Both the position numbers and the translations under genes were made by a program. The notes beneath the pieces were generated by a model. It ran no database searches. It saw only the letters and a program-made list of their open reading frames with translations, and was not told the origin of the DNA. From Candidatus Eiseniibacteriota bacterium (GTDB lineage Bacteria > Eisenbacteria > RBG-16-71-46 > CAZAMP01), in contig OZ245046.1 in the NCBI GenBank assembly GCA_965224245.1, forward strand, positions 1,312,001 to 1,376,000: a DNA stretch of 64,000 nt, read 5' to 3'. This document shows, in pieces, positions 7,986-16,432 of the stretch (position 1 is the stretch's first letter; each line of letters starts with the position of its first letter).

Positions 7986-9608
7986 GTGACGGGCTCGGTG
8001 AGCACGTCCGAGAGTGGTCCGTCGTTCCGGGACCGTCGCTCCCCATCCGCAGCCCCGCGCCGCGAGCCGCCGTCGCGGCTGGCGCTGTGCCGCGAGCTTC
8101 TCGTCGGCCTCCACGGTGCGAGCGGCTTCGTCCTCCTCACGTCCCGCGACACCCGCCGCCATCGGGTGTTCGATCACCTCGGCGTCACCCCCTCGGACGC
8201 CGACCGCATCGCGCGAGCGCTCGACGGCTCGGACGTCGTGGCACGCTGGCACCGCGATCGCTGGCCCGAGCCCGACGTCCTCGACGCGGGCGACGTGCTG
8301 ATGACCGACCCGGAGTCGCTCGTGTCACCGGGGAGCGTCGTGCCCCGCCTCGCGCTGCCGCTGGTCGCGGACGGCGAGGGCGTCGGCGTGCTCGTGTGGG
8401 AGTCGGACGTGCCCCCGATCGGATCGCCGGCGCGCCTGTCGGCGCTCCTCGCGGGGGCCGTCGTGGATGCGCGGCACGCCGCCGCCCTCCACACCGACAA
8501 CGAGCTCGCCCGCTCGCTCTTGCGCGAGGTGTCGGTGGGTCTGATCGCGATCGATCCCGTGGGACGCGTGACGTATCTGAACGCGGCCGGCGAGCGCATT
8601 CTGGGCGTGGCCGCGGGAGAGGCCGTCGGGGCCGATTCGCTGCGCGTGTTCCGCACGCTCGTCGACGGTGAGAACGTCCTGTTGGACGGTCTCGAGGCGG
8701 ACCTCCCGGGGATGGAGGTCTGGCTCCGGCGGGGCGACGGTCGCGAGATGCCGGTGAACCTCGAGATCTCCCCGATCCGCGACAGTAGCGGGGAGACGCT
8801 CGGCGCGGTGGGCACGTTCCAGGACTTCTCCGAGATGCGGAGCATGCAGGAGCGCCTCCGGCACCGCGATCGCCTGGCCACGATCGGGGAGCTCGCCGCC
8901 GGCATCGCGCACGAGATCGGAAACCCGCTGACCGGCATCCGGGGCTGCGCGCAGGTGCTGGGTCGGCGATTACCCGAGGGCGACGGGTCGCACGACCTCA
9001 TCTCGGCCATCCTGGAGGAGGTCGACCGCCTCGGTCGACTCTCCAAGCAGATCCGGCACTACGTGCGGCCGCGTCCTCCGGAGATGGCGCGCGGAGACGT
9101 GAGCACCGCCGTCGAGCGCGTGCTGACGATCGTCGAGCCGCGCCTGGACGAGCTGGGGATCTCGGTGCACTGGTCCCGACCCACGCTGCCCGAGATCTAC
9201 TTCGACCCGGACCAGATGCAGCAGGTGATCCACAATCTCGTCCAGAACGCGGTGGACGCGATGGCGGACGGGGGCGGACGGCTGGAGATCGGCGCGAAGC
9301 TCGTCACCCGCTCGGTGTCGGCCCCCCGCCGGGGGCGGCGGGCCACCGATCGCACGGCCGACGCCCCGCGACAGGCCGAGCGGGAGTACGTGCGGATCAC
9401 GGTATCCGACACGGGGCAGGGCATTCCGGCCGACGTCGTTGAGCGCGTCTTCAATCCGTTCTTCACCACGAAGTCCACCGGGCTGGGCCTGGGCCTCAGC
9501 ATCAGCCAGACCGTGGTGACCGAGCACGCCGGGTTCCTGTCGGTCGTGAGTCAGGCCGCGAAAGGGACGACGTTCACGCTGGATCTTCCGGTCGATAGGA
9601 GAGCGTAG
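7986..9608 (+). CDS. PAS-domain sensor histidine kinase (NtrB/FlgS-like)
   Basis: PAS, H-box AGIAHEIGNPL, N-box NLVQNA, DTGQGI, FNPFFTTK, GLGLGLS. Confidence 0.93.
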   Translation: MTGSVSTSESGPSFRDRRSPSAAPRREPPSRLALCRELLVGLHGASGFVLLTSRDTRRHRVFDHLGVTPSDADRIARALDGSDVVARWHRDRWPEPDVLDAGDVLMTDPESLVSPGSVVPRLALPLVADGEGVGVLVWESDVPPIGSPARLSALLAGAVVDARHAAALHTDNELARSLLREVSVGLIAIDPVGRVTYLNAAGERILGVAAGEAVGADSLRVFRTLVDGENVLLDGLEADLPGMEVWLRRGDGREMPVNLEISPIRDSSGETLGAVGTFQDFSEMRSMQERLRHRDRLATIGELAAGIAHEIGNPLTGIRGCAQVLGRRLPEGDGSHDLISAILEEVDRLGRLSKQIRHYVRPRPPEMARGDVSTAVERVLTIVEPRLDELGISVHWSRPTLPEIYFDPDQMQQVIHNLVQNAVDAMADGGGRLEIGAKLVTRSVSAPRRGRRATDRTADAPRQAEREYVRITVSDTGQGIPADVVERVFNPFFTTKSTGLGLGLSISQTVVTEHAGFLSVVSQAAKGTTFTLDLPVDRRA

Positions 9609-11074
9609 TGACACCCTCGTTCGATCCGTCTCGCTTCTCGATTCTCATCGTCGACGACGAGAAGAACATCCGCTTCTCGCTGACCGAGCGGTTCAAGGAC
9701 GAGTATGCCGCCGTGTACGCCGTCGCCAGCGGACACGAGGCGCTCGCGCTCCTGGAGAACGAGCCGATCGACGTGGTGCTCCTGGATCAGAAGCTCAAGG
9801 AGTCCGGTGAGCACGGGCTCGACGTGCTGGCGGAGATCAAGGCGCGTCACGAGCACGTGGTCGTCATCATCCTGACCGCGTTCGGGGAGTTCGGGCAGGC
9901 CATGCAGGCGGCCCGTCTCGGTTGCTACGAGTACCTCGCGAAGCCCCCCGACTTCGATCACCTGGGTCTGATCATGCGAAACGGGCTCGTCGCGGCCGAG
10001 CTCCAGCGGGAGGTCGCGCGGCTTCGTCAGTCCCAGCGCCGCCAGTACAAGGTCGAGCTGATTCAGGGCGCGGACTCCCCCATGAAGGACGTGCTCACGC
10101 TGACGCAGCGCGTGGCCCGCAGCTCGTCGATCGTGCTGATCCTCGGCGAGACCGGGGTGGGCAAGGAGCTGATCGCCCGGACCGTGCACTACCACAGCCC
10201 CCGATCTCACGGCCCCTTCGTCGAGGTGAACTGCAGCTCGATCCCCGAGACGCTGATCGAGTCGGAGCTGTTCGGTCACGAGAAGGGGGCGTTCACCGAT
10301 GCACGGCGCTCCAAGCCGGGTCTCTTCGAGGTGGCCGCCGGGGGCACGCTCTTCCTGGACGAGATCGGCGAGCTGCGTCTTCCGGTCCAGGCCAAGCTCC
10401 TCAGGGTCCTGGAGAACAAGACGTTCCGCCGGGTCGGCGGAACCGAGGACCGGACCGCCGACGTGCGGGTGGTCTGCGCGACGCATCGGAATCTGCGCGA
10501 GATGGTCGATGCCGAGGAGTTCCGCGAGGACCTGTTCTACCGGCTGTCCGCGATCGACATCCCGGTGCCGCCGCTGCGCGAGCGGGTGTCCGACATCCCG
10601 AACCTGGTCAAGCACTTCACCGATCTGTTCAACTCCGAGTTTCACCTGCGCGTGTCCGAGATCGCGCCGGACGCGATGGAGTGTCTGACGCGACACGCGT
10701 GGCCCGGAAACGTGCGCGAGCTCCGCAACGTGATCGAGCGCGTGATGCTGACCCTCGACGGGGACGTGATCACGCGAGACGATCTGCCCGACGCCGTGCG
10801 CGGCGCCGCACGGCACGAGCCTCCCGGACTCGCCGACCCGCTGGAGGGCGGCGGGCGCGACGCTCTCGCGACCTCGGACGGTGTCCCGACCCTCGCTCAG
10901 CTCGAGCGCTGGGGCATCGAGCGCGCGATGCGGGCGACCGGCGACAACAAGACGCGGGCGGCGGAGCTGCTGGGGATCTCCCGTCAGACCCTCCGGATGA
11001 AGCTCCGCGACTTCGACCGCGACGACGCAAAGGAGCGCGGCGCCGACGTCGGCGCCGACGCGCCGACGGCCTGA
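9608..11074 (+). CDS. sigma54-dependent response regulator (REC-AAA+-Fis HTH)
   Basis: VVLLD receiver, GETGVGKE, ESELFGHEKGAFTDA, FLDEIGE, WPGNVREL, NKTRAAELLGISR. Confidence 0.95.
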   Translation: MTPSFDPSRFSILIVDDEKNIRFSLTERFKDEYAAVYAVASGHEALALLENEPIDVVLLDQKLKESGEHGLDVLAEIKARHEHVVVIILTAFGEFGQAMQAARLGCYEYLAKPPDFDHLGLIMRNGLVAAELQREVARLRQSQRRQYKVELIQGADSPMKDVLTLTQRVARSSSIVLILGETGVGKELIARTVHYHSPRSHGPFVEVNCSSIPETLIESELFGHEKGAFTDARRSKPGLFEVAAGGTLFLDEIGELRLPVQAKLLRVLENKTFRRVGGTEDRTADVRVVCATHRNLREMVDAEEFREDLFYRLSAIDIPVPPLRERVSDIPNLVKHFTDLFNSEFHLRVSEIAPDAMECLTRHAWPGNVRELRNVIERVMLTLDGDVITRDDLPDAVRGAARHEPPGLADPLEGGGRDALATSDGVPTLAQLERWGIERAMRATGDNKTRAAELLGISRQTLRMKLRDFDRDDAKERGADVGADAPTA

Positions 11075-11110
11075 GAGCCGCCCGACCCGACTCGTGATGT
11101 CCGACATGCC

Positions 11111-11126
11111 TGGCATACCGCTTGCT
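11111..11126 (+). promoter_or_regulatory. sigma54 -24/-12 promoter
   Basis: TGGCATACCGCTTGCT. Confidence 0.8.
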
Positions 11127-11172
11127 CTCTCCATGTTGATGCGCCACCGAACGGAGGCGCTGATTGTCGACC

Positions 11173-11185
11173 TAAGGAATTGATT
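11173..11185 (-). promoter_or_regulatory. IHF binding site
   Basis: Minus strand AATCAATTCCTTA matches WATCAANNNNTTR, within an AT-rich patch. Confidence 0.6.
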
Positions 11186-11296
11186 GTAAATAGGTTAGGT
11201 AGGGAAGGGCCGCCGGTGCCGCGGGTGTGACGCTCGTGGTGGCGGCTAGTTCCGGTGCGCTGGTGCGGCGGGCCGGACGGAGACGTGGGTGTGTTC

Positions 11297-12061
11297 ATGC
11301 CGGTGAACGACCTCGATACCCTGATCGTGGACGCGGACGACGAGCGAGCGGCCCGCCTCGTGGCGGCCCTCGGAGGGCGCGAGGGCGCGCCGGTGGTCGG
11401 TCAGGCGCGCGACGGGGGGACCGCGCTGCGGATGCTCGATCAGATCCGGGTCGGGGTCGTTCTGCTGGCGACGCGACTTCCCGAGCTCGACGGCCTCACC
11501 ACGCTTCGCCTTCTTCGACGGCGGAGCGGCGTTCCGGTGGTGGTGCTCGCGGATCCGGGCGACGTCGAGGCGGTGCTGGATGCGCTGGCCATGGGCGCGA
11601 ACGGCTACGTCGTCGCCTGCGATCTCGTCGAGGCGTCGTCGCCGGCCGGCGTGCTCCGCGCGATCGTGGAGCCGGCCGAGCCCTCGATCGCGGAGCGGGA
11701 CGAAATCGTGATCGTCAGCGTGAATCGGGGCGGATCCCCGCTGATTGCCGAGACGCTGTGCGGGCTCTCCGGTTCCCGCGACAAGGCGCTGTACCTGCTC
11801 GTCGACGGTCCGGAGTGGATCGTCGAGCCACTGGCCCGGCGTCTGCATCGGAGCACGCCGTGGCGATGCCTTCCCGCCGTCGATGGGGATCACCTCGTGC
11901 CGGGCCACGCGCTGGTCGCGAGCACGGCGCAGGGGCTTCGCGCGGCACCACGCGGGCGCCGGCTCAGGCTGTCCGCGGGCGTCGGCTGGTCGTGTCTCGG
12001 AGACGCGCTGGCGGAGCTGACCCACCCGATGACTCCCAAACCCATGCGAGGTGCAGCGTGA
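11297..12061 (+). CDS. CheB-like protein with pseudo-receiver and degenerate, truncated methylesterase domain
   Basis: VVGQARDG..VVLLATRLPELDG (Asp replaced by Ala); SVNRGG instead of GASTGG; VDGP instead of QHMP; DGDHLVPG retained. Confidence 0.65.
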   Translation: MPVNDLDTLIVDADDERAARLVAALGGREGAPVVGQARDGGTALRMLDQIRVGVVLLATRLPELDGLTTLRLLRRRSGVPVVVLADPGDVEAVLDALAMGANGYVVACDLVEASSPAGVLRAIVEPAEPSIAERDEIVIVSVNRGGSPLIAETLCGLSGSRDKALYLLVDGPEWIVEPLARRLHRSTPWRCLPAVDGDHLVPGHALVASTAQGLRAAPRGRRLRLSAGVGWSCLGDALAELTHPMTPKPMRGAA

Positions 12062-13683
12062 ACCCCAGGTCGCACGCGGAGCGCGCCCGGACGATCGGTG
12101 CGGCGTGCACGGTGGTCGCGGTCGCGATACTGGCGACGGCGCTCTCGCTCCCTTCCACCCAGGCGTCGGGCGGCGACGGGCGTCCGGGCGAGCGTCTCAC
12201 CGGCGTGCGCGTGGTCGAGCGGGCCACCAGCATCGCGGTCGAGCTGCCGATCACGTCGCTTCCGCGCATGATGGTGCTGGCCCGTCCCCATCGTCTGGTC
12301 ATCGACGTTCCGGTGGCATCGGGGTTGCCGGGTGCGCCCGAGCTGACGCGCTGGCGCGTGGACCGGTGGGGGGTGCGCGAGATCCGGACGAGTCAGTTCT
12401 CCCGGAATGCGGACGAGACGATCACGCGTCTCGTCCTCGAGATGGATCACCGCCCGAGGTGGGAGCTCGAGGGCGGGCCGCTCGGCTACGCCGTGCTCGT
12501 GGCCGCCGAGCCGGACGGCGAAGGTCCCCTCGTGTTCGGGGTCCTGCCGGCATTGCCGGAGTTCGCCGCGCCCGGGCCGCCCGACGAGCTGCCCGGAGAC
12601 GCCGCCTCGGAGGCCGCGGCCGGCGTCGGACGAACCGCCGGCGGCGAACGGTCAGACACCGCCGACGGGATCGACGCCACGGACGCAACCGATACCACCG
12701 GAGAACACACCGTCGACGCGGCGCCGGAGTCGGCCTTCCAGCACCGGCCCCTCTCGGACCGGCGCGCCGCCGAGCTGATCGCCGACGCGGAGGTGAAGCT
12801 GGCCGCGGCGAGCTATCGGGAGGGCCTCGAGAGCCTGGCTCGCGTGTTCACGAGCCATCCGAGCAGCCGCCATGTCGTTCGCGCGCGCACACTGGCGGCC
12901 GAGTTCGCCTGCGCGCTCCACTTCGGCGACGAGGCGGTGTCGCATCTCCTCGCTGCGTTCGCCGACACGACCGGGGCGGTCAGGTCGGCGCACGGGGCCG
13001 TCGTCGCCGCCGCGCAGGCGACGGGAGTCGTGGAGCCGATCGACTCGGTCCTGGCGCGCGGGGCGCGCCTGCTCGCGACGTGCCCGCTTCGCCCGGAGTC
13101 CTGGCACGCGCTGTCCGAGCTGCACACGATGGCCTCGCGGCGGCTCGGCCCGTCGCATCCGGCGGTCACCGACGTCGCATCGACTCTCGGGATCGCGCTC
13201 GCCGAGGCGGGGCAGTCGCTGGACCGGGCGCGCGAGCTCCTGATCCGGGGACTCGAGCGGACCTCCGATCCGGCACGGACGGCCGAGCTCCATCGCGGTC
13301 TCGGGCTCTGTCACGAGCATGCCGACGATCGACTGGCGGCGGCGGCGGAGCTCCTGATCGCCGCCCGGCTCACGGTGGCAAACGATCGGGACGCATCGCT
13401 GGCGCTACGGCTTCGTGCCGCGGACAACTACTACCGCGCCGACGCGCTCGAGCCCGCTACCGAGCAGTACCGGCTCGTGTCCGACCTCGAGGAGGTGGCC
13501 GACGAGCTGCGCTGCTGGGCGTTGTTTCAGCTGGGCAACTGCTACTACCGCGCCCGGCGGTTCGACCTCGCGGCCGAGACGTTCACCGCGGTCGAGGGTG
13601 CGTTTCCGAGCTCGTTCTGGGCCGACCAGGCCCGAACGCGACTCGCCGCCATCCGACGGACCGGCGTGACCATCGGGTCGTAG
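12058..13683 (+). CDS. Secreted AMIN-domain and TPR protein
   Basis: Signal/TM N-terminus; LARPHRLVIDV..VREIRTSQF..TRLVLE (AMIN); C-terminal TPR ALFQLGNCYY..FPSS; GTG overlaps upstream TGA. Confidence 0.7.
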   Translation: MNPRSHAERARTIGAACTVVAVAILATALSLPSTQASGGDGRPGERLTGVRVVERATSIAVELPITSLPRMMVLARPHRLVIDVPVASGLPGAPELTRWRVDRWGVREIRTSQFSRNADETITRLVLEMDHRPRWELEGGPLGYAVLVAAEPDGEGPLVFGVLPALPEFAAPGPPDELPGDAASEAAAGVGRTAGGERSDTADGIDATDATDTTGEHTVDAAPESAFQHRPLSDRRAAELIADAEVKLAAASYREGLESLARVFTSHPSSRHVVRARTLAAEFACALHFGDEAVSHLLAAFADTTGAVRSAHGAVVAAAQATGVVEPIDSVLARGARLLATCPLRPESWHALSELHTMASRRLGPSHPAVTDVASTLGIALAEAGQSLDRARELLIRGLERTSDPARTAELHRGLGLCHEHADDRLAAAAELLIAARLTVANDRDASLALRLRAADNYYRADALEPATEQYRLVSDLEEVADELRCWALFQLGNCYYRARRFDLAAETFTAVEGAFPSSFWADQARTRLAAIRRTGVTIGS

Positions 13684-13979
13684 TCCGTCCGCGACCGCGC
13701 CGGGAGTTCCGGCTCTCGCCTCGTTGATCACCAGATTCTCCGTTTCGGGTGGGGTGCGGCCCCACGGCCCGCCGCCGATGGTGTGTCGGCCGACCGGTGG
13801 TCACGTCTTCGCCGGCGCGGCCGCACCGTCCGCACGAGACGGTTAGGAACTTGCCGCCACCTGCCGAGGAGGCCGCCGGCGATGCGACGGCCCGCCGGCG
13901 CCCCGGCCCACCGATCCCACGCCGTGACCCGGGGGGCGGCTGCCCGGCGAGTCAGCATGTGAAGCGACAACCTGCATCA

Positions 13980-13992
13980 CATCAATGAATTA
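13980..13992 (+). promoter_or_regulatory. IHF-like site upstream of a sigma54 promoter
   Basis: cATCAATGAATTA (one mismatch to WATCAANNNNTTR). Confidence 0.5.
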
Positions 13993-14086
13993 CATGGAAC
14001 GTCGCGAAACTGCTCGAATGGGATGCGGCGTCGATGGGAGGCCGGGGAACTCGGTCGAGAGCGGTCAGCCCGGCAGACGCAGGCCG

Positions 14087-14102
14087 TGGCCCGCAAGTTG
14101 CT
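14087..14102 (+). promoter_or_regulatory. sigma54 -24/-12 promoter of the fliA unit
   Basis: TGGCCCGCAAGTTGCT. Confidence 0.75.
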
Positions 14103-14161
14103 CTTTACGCGGGTCCCCGTCGAGGGGTGCTCCCGATCCCGATCCGAAGGAGACGACGCAC

Positions 14162-14446
14162 GTGAACACGACCAACGCCGCCGGCTCGAAGCTCACCGGC
14201 CCTCTCGTCGCACTCGTCGTCACATCGGTCGGTCACTCCAACGGTATCGGCACGCTGGCCTCGATCTTTCGTGCCGTCGCCACTGGCGTGATCGCGGCGG
14301 TTCTGGTGCACCTCGGGGGATTGGCCGTCGTCGCGACACGGCGCTCGCCGCGTGGCCTCGACGGCACGCGTGCGCGTGGCACACGGACGAACGGCACGCG
14401 CGGGCACGACGACGGCGCGCGCGAAGCGGTCGGCAGGGCAGCCTGA
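14162..14446 (+). CDS. Small membrane protein upstream of fliA
   Basis: AAGGAG RBS before GTG; two hydrophobic stretches; 19 nt gap to fliA. Confidence 0.55.
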   Translation: MNTTNAAGSKLTGPLVALVVTSVGHSNGIGTLASIFRAVATGVIAAVLVHLGGLAVVATRRSPRGLDGTRARGTRTNGTRGHDDGAREAVGRAA

Positions 14447-14465
14447 GGAACGGGGGAGAGCGTTC

Positions 14466-15245
14466 ATGACAGCGCGGAAAGTGGCAAACGCACAGGTCGA
14501 GGAAGCACCGGCGAGGCCGGTTCGTGAGATGTCGAAGGAAGAAGCCCTCAAGAAGTACGCGCCCCTGGTCAAGTACGTCGTGGATCGGATCGCGACCGGG
14601 CTGCCCAAGACGATCGAGCGAGACGACCTGGTCAACACCGCGGTAATCGGGCTGTTCGATGCGATGGAGAAGTTCGACGAGGGGCGCGGCACCAAGTTCG
14701 AGACGTACGCGGTCTGGCGCATTCGCGGCGCGGTGCTCGACGAGCTCCGGTCGCTCGACTGGGTCTCGCGCAGCGTGCGCAAGAAGGCAAAGGAGGTCGA
14801 GCAGGCGGCCCGCCGCCTGGACCAGCGCCTGGGCCGCGCGGCCAGTGACCACGAGGTGGCCGACGAGCTGAACCTGTCGGCGGGCGACTTCAACCGGCTG
14901 CTGGAGGAGGTGCGAGGCTCGATGCTGCTCTCGCTCGACCAGTCCTTCAGCGTGGACGACGACCACGACGTGTCCGGTCTCGCCGACATGATCGAGGACG
15001 ACAAGGCAGCCGACGTCCTCGGCGACATCGAGCTGGAGCAGGCCCGCGACATCCTCCTCGACGCGATCAACAAGACGAGCGACCAGGAGAAGCTCGTGAT
15101 CGCCCTCTACTACTACGAGGAGATGACGCTCAAGGAGATCGGCGAGGCACTTCAGATCTCCGAGTCGCGGGTATCGCAGATCCACACCAAGGCCATCGTC
15201 CGACTGAAGAACCGGATGCGACGGGTCATGAAGGAGCAGGCGTAG
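14466..15245 (+). CDS. fliA: RNA polymerase sigma factor, FliA/WhiG (sigma28) family
   Basis: KFETYAVWRIRGAVLDELRSLDWVSRSVR; LYYYEEMTLKEIGEALQISESRVSQIH. Confidence 0.95.
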   Translation: MTARKVANAQVEEAPARPVREMSKEEALKKYAPLVKYVVDRIATGLPKTIERDDLVNTAVIGLFDAMEKFDEGRGTKFETYAVWRIRGAVLDELRSLDWVSRSVRKKAKEVEQAARRLDQRLGRAASDHEVADELNLSAGDFNRLLEEVRGSMLLSLDQSFSVDDDHDVSGLADMIEDDKAADVLGDIELEQARDILLDAINKTSDQEKLVIALYYYEEMTLKEIGEALQISESRVSQIHTKAIVRLKNRMRRVMKEQA

Positions 15246-15280
15246 CTCCGGCGTTCCGAGCCGGCAGCCCCGCGAGAGGA

Positions 15281-16249
15281 GTGAGCATGAGCGGCCTTTC
15301 CAGCGTCCGGACCGAGTCGACGTCGAGGACGGGGATGCGGACGAGAGACACCGACTCGACGTCGTGGCGACGCCGCAGGGCGCGGATCGCGCTCGTGCCG
15401 GGCGTGCGGGCGACACTGGCGACCGCGTTCGCGGTGCTCTCCACGATCGGGGCTCCGAAGGCCGCATCCGAGACCGTGCCGGCCGGTGTTTCGAGCGTCG
15501 ACGCCGATGCCCCGCTGGCCACCATTCTCGATGGACGTCTGGCCGCCGGTCGCGAGCGCGCGGTGGCGGCCCAGGAGACACGGTTGGAGGTGTATGCCGA
15601 GGACCTGGCCCGGCGTGCCGCGTCTGACGGGTACATGCAGCCCGTCGGTCGGATCGTCACGCCGAGCGAGATCGGAGGCGGGATCCTCGTGGGGTCGGCC
15701 GTCACGGTGCTCCTTCTGCTGGTCGCGCTCCGCGCCCTCGCGGGGCGCGGGTGGGGGACGAGCATGCCGCGTCGTGAGCGCGACGAGATGATCGCGCTGG
15801 AGGAGCGTGTCCTGGCGGGCCTTCGCGAAATCGAGACTCGGCTGGACCGACTCGTCGAGCGCATGGCCGAGGCGCGCCCGAGCGCGGCTCAGAGCTCACC
15901 GCGCGACGGGATCGTCGCGGACGACGACGGGGACGAGCCGGTACCCGAGGCGGCGCCGGCCGGGTCGCCGAGCGACGGCGGCTATTCCGACCGACTCGGC
16001 ATGCTGACTCTCGACGCGCGCCGCGCCCGGAGGGCGCACGTGATCGAGAACGCACCGGCGGGGCACGGGTCTCCTGGGGACGGCCCCACACCGGGATCGC
16101 GTCGTCGCGGTGGCTCCGAGAGCGACCGCCGCCGGGTGGTGATGTCGATGCTGGAACGTGGCGTGTCGCCGGAGGAGATCGGTCGGCGAACGAGCCTCGG
16201 CCCGGCCGAGGTCCGGTTCATCATGAAGCTGGCCGGCTCGCGCGGATGA
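15281..16249 (+). CDS. Membrane-anchored protein with coiled coil and C-terminal HTH-like motif (DUF2802/DUF6115-like)
   Basis: TM GGGILVGSAVTVLLLLVAL, coiled coil, C-terminal MLERGVSPEEIGRRTSLGPAEVRFIMKL; directly after fliA. Confidence 0.55.
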   Translation: MSMSGLSSVRTESTSRTGMRTRDTDSTSWRRRRARIALVPGVRATLATAFAVLSTIGAPKAASETVPAGVSSVDADAPLATILDGRLAAGRERAVAAQETRLEVYAEDLARRAASDGYMQPVGRIVTPSEIGGGILVGSAVTVLLLLVALRALAGRGWGTSMPRRERDEMIALEERVLAGLREIETRLDRLVERMAEARPSAAQSSPRDGIVADDDGDEPVPEAAPAGSPSDGGYSDRLGMLTLDARRARRAHVIENAPAGHGSPGDGPTPGSRRRGGSESDRRRVVMSMLERGVSPEEIGRRTSLGPAEVRFIMKLAGSRG

Positions 16250-16432
16250 CCGCCGACCGGAGCGGGATCCGCGGCCTGCTCCGTCTCCGGCGGGGGCGGC
16301 GGGGCCGCGACAGCGGGTCGGAGTGAACGAGCTCTCGATGGGTGAGTGTGAACGGATACGCGCCTCGGCGCGGTGGTCGCGCGCGAAGGCGCGCGCAGTC
16401 CCACGCGGTCCCCGAGCCGCGAGGAGGGGTTC

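Noticed and set aside
7471-15325. Shared 14-mer CCGAGTCGACGTCG at about 7471 and 15312
   Set aside because: Only two copies, one inside a CDS; expected by chance in GC-rich DNA.
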